Origin: a virus
Lineage: Duplodnaviria > Caudoviricetes
Virus record (IMG/VR): IMGVR_UViG_3300027994_000003
Span: 1 to 42,570 of that record
Strand: one strand, 5' to 3'
Length of the DNA: 42,570 nucleotides
Translations under genes and position numbers: made by a program
Part shown: positions 34,383 to 42,570 of the stretch, in pieces
How positions within the stretch are numbered: the first letter of the stretch is position 1
Layout of the letters: each line of letters starts with the position of its first letter
The notes under the pieces: generated by a model
What the model was told of the DNA's origin: nothing
Seen by the model: the letters and a program-made list of their open reading frames with translations, nothing else
Databases searched by the model: none

Positions 34383-34951
34383 TGGGACGCAGCAAGGGCA
34401 AGTTGAGCAAGGGGCAGCCGGCCGGGCAGCGTTCCGCATCGGGTCGCAAGCGGGACCGCACGCCGCGGATTGTCGGGCCATGCGAGGGCATCATGCGCCG
34501 GCGAGAGATGTACGGGGCGCCGTCGAACGATAACGAGACGTTCGACGCGCTCGGCCGGGCATGGCGTGCCGGATTGCTGCACAACGATCCGACGCGGGCG
34601 AAGGCGCTGCTGGACGGTGGGCGGAAGTTCCAAGGGCAGTACTGGTACACGTTAGGGGTCGTATCGTCGGACAGCCTCGCCAAATTCCAGCCTTCCGCGC
34701 CGCGAATGACGCTTGACCCGGTGGTAGAGAAAATTCGTGAGGATGCTTTCCATGTGGCGCTGGCGATGGTCGATGCCCGCGGGCGGAGCGTCCGCAAGTA
34801 TTTTGATCACCTCGTGACCGATCATAATTTCGACTGTGGCCCACCGTGGCTGGACCGGATCATTTTTGCGCACCGTCGCGGCGGGCGATCGTCAGAACAA
34901 GATTACGCTTGGCTAAAGCTAGCGCTTGAGGGGTTGGAGCAGATCGCATGA
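34382..34951 (+). CDS. Hypothetical protein in late-regulator (Q-like) position
   Basis: Basic N-terminus; near the end of the early-right operon; function inferred from position only. Confidence 0.5.
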   Translation: MGRSKGKLSKGQPAGQRSASGRKRDRTPRIVGPCEGIMRRREMYGAPSNDNETFDALGRAWRAGLLHNDPTRAKALLDGGRKFQGQYWYTLGVVSSDSLAKFQPSAPRMTLDPVVEKIREDAFHVALAMVDARGRSVRKYFDHLVTDHNFDCGPPWLDRIIFAHRRGGRSSEQDYAWLKLALEGLEQIA

Positions 34952-35295
34952 CCGATCGTCTCGGCTGGCACGTGCCTGACAACTTACGCTGGCTTGCTCA
35001 ACAGGGCGACCGCCCAAGCCACGTTCCACTCGGTACACTGACTGGTAGTTTCCTGTTCCAGGTAGCAGATCGCTATGAGGAAATGGCGCGCTACCGACAG
35101 GCGTTGCAGGCGGTGCAGCAGGGTAACGTGCCGCGGCCTCGCGGCGAATACTGGCGCAAGGATCGAAAGCCGAGCAAGCACGATCTGTGTATTCACGGTC
35201 AGTCTGTGAACTCAAGCTGTTCAGGCTGCATTGACGAATATATCGAAAGCGTCTTGTCCCCCAAGCCGCACCTGCAATTCGTGAATGACGCATAG
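34948..35295 (+). CDS. Hypothetical protein
   Basis: ATGA coupled; CIHG....CSGC. Confidence 0.5.
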   Translation: MTDRLGWHVPDNLRWLAQQGDRPSHVPLGTLTGSFLFQVADRYEEMARYRQALQAVQQGNVPRPRGEYWRKDRKPSKHDLCIHGQSVNSSCSGCIDEYIESVLSPKPHLQFVNDA

Positions 35296-35385
35296 CAGAT
35301 CGCTTGACCGGTTGGGGCGTTTCTGGCACATGGTCATTGTGCCGGTCGTGTGTCGATAGGCTTTCCAAATTAGATAGGCTTTAGA

Positions 35386-35658
35386 ATGGCGAGACCGCAA
35401 GGTACGCCGAAGACCGGCGGTCGTGCGAAAGGCACGCCGAACCGGGCTTCAGTGGCGCGTGCCGCTGAGATAGCCGCGTCGGGTTTGACCCCTCTGGACT
35501 TCATGCTGTCGGTAATGCGCGATGGCGGGAACGACACGGACACCCGGCTTGATGCGGCCAAATCTGCCGCACCCTACGTCCACGCAAAGCTTTCCTCCAT
35601 CGACGCCAAGCTGAGCGTCGATGGGCAACTCGTCATCAACATCAACAAGCCGGCCTGA
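35386..35658 (+). CDS. terS: Terminase small subunit
   Basis: KTGGRAKGTPN and RLDAAKSAAPYVH motifs; coupled to terL. Confidence 0.8.
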   Translation: MARPQGTPKTGGRAKGTPNRASVARAAEIAASGLTPLDFMLSVMRDGGNDTDTRLDAAKSAAPYVHAKLSSIDAKLSVDGQLVININKPA

Positions 35659-36983
35659 TGCCCGTCATCAACCTGCCGAACCAATGGCAGCCGAGGGATT
35701 ATCAGGACGCGCTCTGGCGCTACATGCACGGTGGCGGCAAGCGTGCCATCGCAATTTGGCCGCGCCGCCACGGTAAGGACGACGTGGCGCTGCATTACAC
35801 AGCCTGCGCGGCGCACGAGCGGGTCGGGGTCTACTGGCACCTGCTGCCCCAGCAGAACCAGGCACGGAAGGCGATTTGGGACGCGGTGAACCCGCACACC
35901 GGGCGCCGCCGCATCGACGACGCGTTCCCCAAGGAATTGCGCGAGACGACCCGCGAACAGGACATGCTCATCCGCTTCAAGTCGGGATCGACTTGGCAGG
36001 TGATCGGGTCGGACAATTACGATGCGCTGGTCGGGACGCCGCCGATTGGTGTGGTGTTCTCGGAGTGGGCGCTAAGCAATCCTCAGGCGTGGTCTCTGAT
36101 CCGCCCCATCTTGGCCGAAAATGGCGGCTGGGGGATGTTCATCACGACGCCGCGCGGACGTAACCACGCGTTTCGCATGTACGAGATGGGCTTAGCCAGC
36201 GACGATTGGTTTTCCGAGCGGCTGGTCGCGACGGACACGGGGGTCTTCTCTCCTGAAGTGCTGGCCAGCGAGCGCGCGGAGATCATTGTCGAGCGCGGTG
36301 AAGACGACGGCGACGCGATCTACCAGCAGGAGTACATGACGAGCTTCAGCGCCGGCCTGCCGGGCGCATACTACGCCAAGGTGATCGACGGGCTGGAGCG
36401 CGACGGGCGCGTTACCGCCGTTCCGTACAATCCCCAGGCGCAGGTTCACACGGCGTGGGATCTAGGCCGCAACGACCAGACCGCGATTTGGTTCGTGCAG
36501 CGGTACGGCACCGGGTGGGCGGTGATCGACTATCTGGTCAACACCAGCGTCGGGATCGACTGGTACGTCAAGGAGCTGCGCGCAAAGCCGTACAACTACG
36601 GCGAGCACCTGATGCCGCACGACGCGGAGAACGAGCAGCTGGTGAGCGTCACCGGATCAATCGCCGATACGGCGAAGGGTATGGGACTCGACAATATCCG
36701 GGTCGTCCCGCGCACCAGCAGCGTGGCGAATGATATCAACGAGGTCCGCCAAGTCCTGCCGCTGTGCTGGTTCGACAAAACGAAGACCGAGAAGGGTTTG
36801 GACGCGCTGCGATCGTATCGCCGTGTGTGGGACGAGAAGCTGCGGGCCTACCGCGACACGCCCTTGCACGACTGGGCAAGCGACCCGGCGGACGCGTTCC
36901 GGACCTTCGCGATCGGCAAGCCGCGTGATCGCCAGGCGGCAAAACCGCTGGACCTTAGCAGACTGACGAGGGGGGTAGCATGA
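35658..36983 (+). CDS. terL: Terminase large subunit
   Basis: PRDYQ, RRHGK Walker A, TTPRG, WDLG and HDW.S..AD nuclease motifs. Confidence 0.93.
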   Translation: MPVINLPNQWQPRDYQDALWRYMHGGGKRAIAIWPRRHGKDDVALHYTACAAHERVGVYWHLLPQQNQARKAIWDAVNPHTGRRRIDDAFPKELRETTREQDMLIRFKSGSTWQVIGSDNYDALVGTPPIGVVFSEWALSNPQAWSLIRPILAENGGWGMFITTPRGRNHAFRMYEMGLASDDWFSERLVATDTGVFSPEVLASERAEIIVERGEDDGDAIYQQEYMTSFSAGLPGAYYAKVIDGLERDGRVTAVPYNPQAQVHTAWDLGRNDQTAIWFVQRYGTGWAVIDYLVNTSVGIDWYVKELRAKPYNYGEHLMPHDAENEQLVSVTGSIADTAKGMGLDNIRVVPRTSSVANDINEVRQVLPLCWFDKTKTEKGLDALRSYRRVWDEKLRAYRDTPLHDWASDPADAFRTFAIGKPRDRQAAKPLDLSRLTRGVA

Positions 36984-39001
36984 TCGAACTCCCCGAAGGG
37001 CTTATGTCGTATCTGCAGAGCGAAGAGATGCGCGCACGCGACGATTCGCTGAACGAAGAGCGTAAGGTCGCGCTGGATTTCTACAACGGTAAGCCATTCG
37101 GCGATGAGGTTGAGGGCCGTAGCCAGCTCGTGACGCGCGATGTTGCCGAGGTCGTGGATTACATGACCGTCGCCGTCGTGCGGACGGTCGTTTCGGACAA
37201 GGTTGTCGAGTTCGAAGCGCGGCGGCAGGAAGATCGCGAGGCTGCCAAGGACGCTACCGAGTTGGTCGCCTGGCAGTTCATGCGCCAGCAGTCGGGCTAT
37301 CGGATCGTCCACGATGCGCTGAAAGCGGGGCTGCTGGAAAAAACCGGCGTCCTGAAGACTTGGGTCGAACTCGGGTCGGATGTGGTGGAGGGTGAAGCCA
37401 TCGCCTCCGAGGTAGAGGCTGACGACACGATCATTGCCGCGGAGGAGCAGCCCGGTCGCGTCGCTGTCGGTCCGGACGGCGAGACCCTAGAGCAGGTCTA
37501 CAGCGTTCGCCGTCGCGTGCCGGCCCCGCCGAAATTCATGGACGCCGCGGTTCCCAACGAGGAATTTGGCTTCTCCCCCGAGGCGCGGGAGTTGGACGAG
37601 GCGCGGTATATCGGGCACCGGACCCGCGCGACGCTCGCCAGCCTGATTGCTCGGTTCAACGTGCCGGCGGCGGACAGTGAGACGCTATGGGGCGCGGCGC
37701 AGGACGGGCAGCAGCTATCCGACGCACGCGACAACGCCCGCTCCCGCAAGGACAGCGAGAACACGCAGGCGCAGGGCGTTTCGCGGCAGGTGTGGCTCAA
37801 CGAAGAATATGTCCGTTGGGATTGGAACGGCGACGGCGAAGAGGAACTGCTCTGCGTTCATCGTGTCGGCAGCAAGGCGCTGTCGATCATTGAAGTGGAC
37901 GAGCAGCCTTTCGTCATCTGGTGCCCTTTCCCGATGGCGCACCGGATCGTTGGCCAGTCGCTTGCCGATAAGACGATGGATATCCAGCGCATTCGGTCGA
38001 TCCTGCTGCGTCAGGCAATGGACGCCTTGTACTTCGCCAATGCGCCGCGCCCGCTGGTCGAGACGACCAACATGGACGAGAACACGCTGGATGATATCCT
38101 GACGACCGTTCCGGGATCGCCGATTCGCTACAAGGGCACTGCGCCGCTGCCGATGCAGATGCCGTTCGCTGCGCCGCACGCGTTTACGGCGTTGGAGTTC
38201 ATGACTGGCGAGCGCGAGAGCCGCACCGGCATTACGCGGCACAACCAGGGCATCAACGCTGACACGCTGAACAACACGGCGACTGGCTACAAGCTGCAGA
38301 TCGAAGCCGGCGCGCAGATCGAAGAATATGTCGCCCGCAACTTTGCCGAAGCGCTTGCTGAGCTATTTGAGAAAAAAGCGCGGCTGATGCGCCAGCACAA
38401 TGCTGTGGAGCAGGTCCGCGTCGGTGGTGAGTTCAAGACCGTCAGTGCCGGCGACTTGCCCGAGGATATGGATATGGGCATCCGTGTCGGCCTCGGCACC
38501 GGCAGCAAGGACAAGCGCATCGCATCCCGCATGATGGTGCTGGAGCTTCAGAAGGAGGCCATGGCCCAGGGGTTGGGGCTCGTGGACGAGGCGAAGCTCT
38601 ACGCCAGCGCCGCCGGGGTCGTGTCGGAAACCGGACTCGGCGACGCCAATATCTTTTTCAACGACCCATCCACGCAGGGACCGAAGCCTCCCAAGCGCGA
38701 CCCAGCCGAGATCGAAGCCGAGGGCAAGGTTCAGGTCGAGATGCAGCGCCAGCAACAGGCGCACGAGCGGGCGATGTTTGATGCTGAGACCGCGCGAATA
38801 AAGATGGAGGCGCAAGCGGGCATCGATCGGGAGCGCGCGGAGTTCGAAGCGCAGCTAGCGCGCGACAAGGCGGACTTCGAAGCGGACATGGCTCGTGATC
38901 AGCGCGAATTCGAACAGTCAATGCTATTGGATCGTATAGCGAGTGAAACCAACGCACCGACGATCCCCGCCAATCGCCCAGGCGGGAGGCTAGACGCATG
39001 A
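36980..39001 (+). CDS. Portal protein (P22-like, with C-terminal helical barrel)
   Basis: 673 aa after terL; RTGITRHNQG; C-terminal coiled coil. Confidence 0.88.
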   Translation: MIELPEGLMSYLQSEEMRARDDSLNEERKVALDFYNGKPFGDEVEGRSQLVTRDVAEVVDYMTVAVVRTVVSDKVVEFEARRQEDREAAKDATELVAWQFMRQQSGYRIVHDALKAGLLEKTGVLKTWVELGSDVVEGEAIASEVEADDTIIAAEEQPGRVAVGPDGETLEQVYSVRRRVPAPPKFMDAAVPNEEFGFSPEARELDEARYIGHRTRATLASLIARFNVPAADSETLWGAAQDGQQLSDARDNARSRKDSENTQAQGVSRQVWLNEEYVRWDWNGDGEEELLCVHRVGSKALSIIEVDEQPFVIWCPFPMAHRIVGQSLADKTMDIQRIRSILLRQAMDALYFANAPRPLVETTNMDENTLDDILTTVPGSPIRYKGTAPLPMQMPFAAPHAFTALEFMTGERESRTGITRHNQGINADTLNNTATGYKLQIEAGAQIEEYVARNFAEALAELFEKKARLMRQHNAVEQVRVGGEFKTVSAGDLPEDMDMGIRVGLGTGSKDKRIASRMMVLELQKEAMAQGLGLVDEAKLYASAAGVVSETGLGDANIFFNDPSTQGPKPPKRDPAEIEAEGKVQVEMQRQQQAHERAMFDAETARIKMEAQAGIDRERAEFEAQLARDKADFEADMARDQREFEQSMLLDRIASETNAPTIPANRPGGRLDA

Positions 39002-39300
39002 CCCCCGAAGAGAAGCGGGACGAGGGACAGGCGGCACGTGCTGCGATCGACCGGTTCCTTGGCCCAGCCTTCGATCTGGTCGAGGCGGCATATGTCGAGC
39101 GGCTAGCGGAGATCGCCGGCAGTGAGCCTTGGGCCGCGGACAAGCTGCGCGCGGTCGCAACCGCGCTTCGTGTGACGCGCGAGGTTCGTGCGCACGTCGA
39201 TGGCGTGGCGGCGGGCGGTCGGGCTGCCCAAGTGACGCTGGATCATCACCGCAAGATCGAAGCCATGTCGCCCGAGCGGCGCCGGATACTCGGGCTATGA
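38998..39300 (+). CDS. Hypothetical head-module protein
   Basis: ATGA coupled to the portal gene. Confidence 0.6.
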   Translation: MTPEEKRDEGQAARAAIDRFLGPAFDLVEAAYVERLAEIAGSEPWAADKLRAVATALRVTREVRAHVDGVAAGGRAAQVTLDHHRKIEAMSPERRRILGL

Positions 39301-39446
39301 CCGACGCCGCGCACGAGTGCTACGCCCGGCTGTTGCAGGCTCAGCAGAGCCGGCCCGCCGCCCATGAAGCTGACGAATGGGCCAAGGCAGACGCGCGCGC
39401 CACGGTGAACGCCAATATTCGCAGGCGACTGCCAAAGGTCGCCTGA
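39297..39446 (+). CDS. 49-aa hypothetical protein
   Basis: ATGA coupled. Confidence 0.45.
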   Translation: MTDAAHECYARLLQAQQSRPAAHEADEWAKADARATVNANIRRRLPKVA

Positions 39447-39503
39447 CACTGGATCCCGCAAGGGAGAGCGAGCCGCCCGCTAGGCGGATTATTGGAGCAC
39501 CCT

Positions 39504-40454
39504 ATGACCCAGCTTGCAGCCGAAGAGGCCGCGGCAGTCGGCGGCGATCCTGTCGAACCAACGACGGACGCACCCGAAGCCGTCGTTGACCTGCCCGAGG
39601 TATCCCCCGAAGGCGAACTGTACCCGGATGAGCGCCAAGACGGCGAAGATGCCGGCGAACAACCCATCGAAGACGAGCCGAACGAACCGGAAGCCCCGGC
39701 CATCGACGCTCCGCATTCGTGGAAGGCCGAAGACAAGGAACGGTGGAACGCCGTTCCTCGCGAAGTGCAGGAAATTATCGCGCGTCGGGAAACCGAGATC
39801 GCGCGGGGAATGACCGAAAAGTCGCGCGAAGTCGAGAAGGTCAAAACCGAGACGGTGGCCCAGGCGGCGACGGAAATCTCTGCGTTTCGAATGGAGCAGG
39901 CCCGAGCAATCGAGGCGTTGGCGGCGCAGTTCATGCCGCAACCGCCCGATCAGCGGCTAGCCTTCTCCGACGATCCGCAACACCACGTCCTCTACAATCA
40001 GCAGCGCGCCTATTACGAGCAGGCGGTAGCCCAGCAGCAGCAGCTGCAGCTAGCCGCCCGTCACGAGATGGGGGAAGCCCAGCGGATAGAGCAGGAGTTG
40101 GAAGGCCAAGCGCGTGCGGCAGACGACGCCAAGCTGCGCGAGGCGTATCCGGAATATTTCGATGAAAGCGAAGCCGGCCAGAAGGTCCAAGCCGAGCTGA
40201 AATCGATCGCCGACGAACTCGGCTATTCCGAACTATGGGACCAACGGAACGCAGCGGATGTGCTCGCGCTTCGGACGGCTGCTGGATACAAAAGGGACGC
40301 GCTGAAATGGCGCAGCCACGATCGTAACCAGCGGAATCCGAACGGTACATATCGCGCCCAGCGCGCCGTCCCCCCGATCAGCAAACCTGGCACGACGCGG
40401 GCCGGCGGTGTCCCCACCGACGATCCGGTCAAGCTGCTTTACCCCAACGATTGA
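39504..40454 (+). CDS. Scaffolding protein
   Basis: Acidic N-terminus, AP.SW motif, coiled coil; precedes the capsid gene. Confidence 0.75.
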   Translation: MTQLAAEEAAAVGGDPVEPTTDAPEAVVDLPEVSPEGELYPDERQDGEDAGEQPIEDEPNEPEAPAIDAPHSWKAEDKERWNAVPREVQEIIARRETEIARGMTEKSREVEKVKTETVAQAATEISAFRMEQARAIEALAAQFMPQPPDQRLAFSDDPQHHVLYNQQRAYYEQAVAQQQQLQLAARHEMGEAQRIEQELEGQARAADDAKLREAYPEYFDESEAGQKVQAELKSIADELGYSELWDQRNAADVLALRTAAGYKRDALKWRSHDRNQRNPNGTYRAQRAVPPISKPGTTRAGGVPTDDPVKLLYPND

Positions 40455-40466
40455 TAGGAGGCCACA

Positions 40467-41471
40467 GTGGCGACCATCGGAAATTCGTATCTCAACCTCG
40501 TGGATATGTACAAGCGCACGGACCAGAACCGTGCGATCACGCCCGTTATCGAAGCGTTGCACGCGCTCAATCCCCTGATGCAGGACGCGTTCACCGTCGA
40601 ATGCAACCAGGGCACCAAGCACCTGACCACGACGCGCACCGGACTGCCGGCCGTGACGTGGGGTCGGCTCTACCAGGGCATCCCGCAGAGCAAGTCCACC
40701 ACGCAGCAGGTCGAAGACACGACCGGCTTCGTCGAGGGCCTGTCGTTCGTGGACAACCGCCTGCTGGAGATTTCCAAGAACCCCGGCGCCGTTCGCATGA
40801 GCGAAGCGCAGCCGTTCTTGGAGAGCATCGCGCAGGAAGTTCAGACGAACTTCTTCTACAGCGACACGGCGACGACGCCGGAGCGCTTCAAGGGGCTAGG
40901 AGCGCGCTACAACACGCTGTCCAACTCGCAGGTCGTCAACGGCGGCGGAACGGGTTCGGACAACATGTCGGTCTGGTTCGTCACGCACGGTTCCGGCCAG
41001 ACGCGCATGATCTTTCCGGAGGGCACCGCCGCAGGTGTCAGCCGCAGGGATAAAGGCGAGCAGCGCGTGACCGACGATCTCGGCAATGCCTACTACGGCA
41101 AGGAAGAGGAATTCCGGCAGCACGTCGGGGTTTCGGTCGGTGACTTCCGCTTCAACAGCCGCATCGCCAACATCGATGTGTCGGACTTGATCGCGGGAAC
41201 GACCGATCCCTACGCCCTCCTGCGTCGGGCCTACTGGAAGCTCCAGGGTCGCCGCAACGGACGCGTCGATAACGGCGGCATGATCACGATGGGCAAGACG
41301 GTGATCTACGCCAACCGCGACTTCCTGCAGGCGCTCGACGGCGCAACCACGAACTCCAACAAGGTCGAGCTTCGGCCGGATGATGTGGCTGGCAAGGAGG
41401 TGCTGACTTACCGCGGCATCCCGATCCGCGAAACCGACGCACTGATCAACGCCGAAGCGCTGGTCTCGTAA
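40467..41471 (+). CDS. Major capsid protein (BPP-1-like)
   Basis: 334 aa; RTGLP..TW..L and YRGIPIRETDAL motifs; RBS AGGAGG. Confidence 0.88.
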   Translation: MATIGNSYLNLVDMYKRTDQNRAITPVIEALHALNPLMQDAFTVECNQGTKHLTTTRTGLPAVTWGRLYQGIPQSKSTTQQVEDTTGFVEGLSFVDNRLLEISKNPGAVRMSEAQPFLESIAQEVQTNFFYSDTATTPERFKGLGARYNTLSNSQVVNGGGTGSDNMSVWFVTHGSGQTRMIFPEGTAAGVSRRDKGEQRVTDDLGNAYYGKEEEFRQHVGVSVGDFRFNSRIANIDVSDLIAGTTDPYALLRRAYWKLQGRRNGRVDNGGMITMGKTVIYANRDFLQALDGATTNSNKVELRPDDVAGKEVLTYRGIPIRETDALINAEALVS

Positions 41472-41483
41472 GGAGAAGACGAA

Positions 41484-41915
41484 ATGATCATGGACCGCAC
41501 GCTGCTCTTCTCGGATGGGCAGGCAATCACCGCCACCTCGGCATCCACCAACATCGTCGATCTCGGCGCAACCGGTACCATTTACGGGGCCGCTTCGCCG
41601 ATCATCCGCGACGTGGGCAAGGGCCATCGCATCCCTCTGTTCGTCGGCATCACGCAGTCGTTCAATAACCTGACGTCGCTGACCATCTCGGTCGAGACGG
41701 ACGATAACGCCGCGTTTTCGTCTGCCAAAACCGTCAGCACGTCGCCGGCTTATTCGCTGGCGCAACTCGCCGTGGGCGCGGAATTCCTGCTCCCCGAGTC
41801 GATCCCGAGCGGCACGAACGAGCGCTATCTGCGCCTCAAGTACACCATCGCCGGCACTGCGCCGACGCTCGGCAAGGTTACCGCCGGCGTCGTCGATGGC
41901 CGCCAGAGCGCCTAA
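41484..41915 (+). CDS. Capsid cement/decoration protein (Bbp16-like)
   Basis: MIMD..LLFSD.QAITAT..STN.VDLG...RYLRL.Y pattern. Confidence 0.8.
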   Translation: MIMDRTLLFSDGQAITATSASTNIVDLGATGTIYGAASPIIRDVGKGHRIPLFVGITQSFNNLTSLTISVETDDNAAFSSAKTVSTSPAYSLAQLAVGAEFLLPESIPSGTNERYLRLKYTIAGTAPTLGKVTAGVVDGRQSA

Positions 41916-41928
41916 GGAGGGCTGAAAC

Positions 41929-42249
41929 ATGACCACGAAGAACGATAAGGCGCGCGCGCCGAAAGCGTATGTGTCGGACCAGCCCTATTCGGACGGTTCG
42001 CGCTATTACAAGCCTGGCGAAGTGTTCGTTAGCGATGCGGAGCCCGGTACCGGCTGGAACGAAACCAGGCCAGCAGAAGCCGCGGCAATCGAGGCGGCGA
42101 CCAACCCGGTGCCGGACGATGCGAACCTGGAGGCGGCCGACAAGGCGGCGCTTCAGGCCGTGGCGATCATGAAGCACGTGCCGATCGCCGGGCTCGACAA
42201 GCCGGCGCTGATCACCGCGATCAAGGCCGCGTACGAACCGAAGCTGTAA
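41929..42249 (+). CDS. Hypothetical head-associated protein
   Basis: RBS AAGGAGG; 106 aa. Confidence 0.65.
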   Translation: MTTKNDKARAPKAYVSDQPYSDGSRYYKPGEVFVSDAEPGTGWNETRPAEAAAIEAATNPVPDDANLEAADKAALQAVAIMKHVPIAGLDKPALITAIKAAYEPKL

Positions 42250-42256
42250 CCGGAAT

Positions 42257-42278
42257 GGGCGGGGTTACGGCTCCGCCC
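42257..42278 (+). terminator. Hairpin after the capsid operon (weak terminator or processing site)
   Basis: GGGCGGGGTT-AC-GGCTCCGCCC stem with G-U pairs; no strong U tract. Confidence 0.35.
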
Positions 42279-42305
42279 AGAACACGAAATTAGGGAGAGG
42301 CGACT

Positions 42306-42570
42306 ATGACCCTCGCCGTCCCCACCTATGCTGTCGGCGCGATCCCAACGTACCTCGCGTTCGTGGAGGAGATCCGCGACCTGATGGACGACGACGGCTA
42401 CGCGCGCGAGAAAATCGACCGGGCGCTGCGCAAGGCTGAGGCGCATTTCAATCGCGAGCTGCGGGCGCCGGAAATGGAGGCGTCGAAGGTCCTGACGATC
42501 ACGGCGGAGACGACGTACCTACCCGCCGACTTCCTAGCGATGCGCGCGATCTTTCAGGAAGGCAGCCCGG
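42306..42570 (+). CDS. Head-tail adaptor 5' part (continues at 128-519)
   Basis: ATG 42306 with RBS GGAGAGG; in frame across the junction. Confidence 0.75.
   Translation, partial: MTLAVPTYAVGAIPTYLAFVEEIRDLMDDDGYAREKIDRALRKAEAHFNRELRAPEMEASKVLTITAETTYLPADFLAMRAIFQEGSP
42444..42570. repeat. 127-bp terminal repeat copy 2
   Basis: Identical to 1-127. Confidence 0.97.

Noticed and set aside
33150-34481. 443-aa minus-strand ORF and similar long antisense ORFs (9503-10444, 31949-32836, 40896-41936)
   Set aside because: Shadow frames of GC-rich sense genes, with no motifs or coupling signals
42444-42570. 127-bp repeat as biological phage terminal repeats
   Set aside because: It falls mid-gene and 127 is a common assembler k-mer length, so circular contig overlap is the better explanation

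Overview
The window is a complete, circularly permuted temperate phage genome of about 42.4 kb. Positions 1-127 repeat exactly at 42444-42570, giving a unit length of 42,443 bp. It is GC-rich and podovirus-like, with a P22-type portal, tail and ejection module and a BPP-1-like capsid and cement pair. The host is probably an alphaproteobacterium, likely a sphingomonad; this is inferred from GTTC-N7-GTTC LexA boxes and protein style. Layout: late structural genes (35386-42570, continuing 1-11341), a membrane-rich lysis cassette (11390-13574), a non-coding structured-RNA island (13579-13980), a leftward accessory block (14255-19600), attP with a 5' half tRNA-Ser plus int/xis (19600-21025), recombination and early-left genes (21022-26137), a cI/cro switch with five operators (26176-27427), and rightward replication genes (27424-35295). 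The most unusual signal is a pair of divergently promoted small RNAs with identical terminal stems and mutually complementary loops, one of them tRNA-like. Other notable signals are a probable +1 frameshift fusing an ejection protein to an M15 peptidase, an attP that restores the 5' rather than 3' half of a tRNA, and translationally coupled overlapping ORFs that bridge int/attP and antisense morons. All product calls come from motifs and synteny read by eye; no searches were run.
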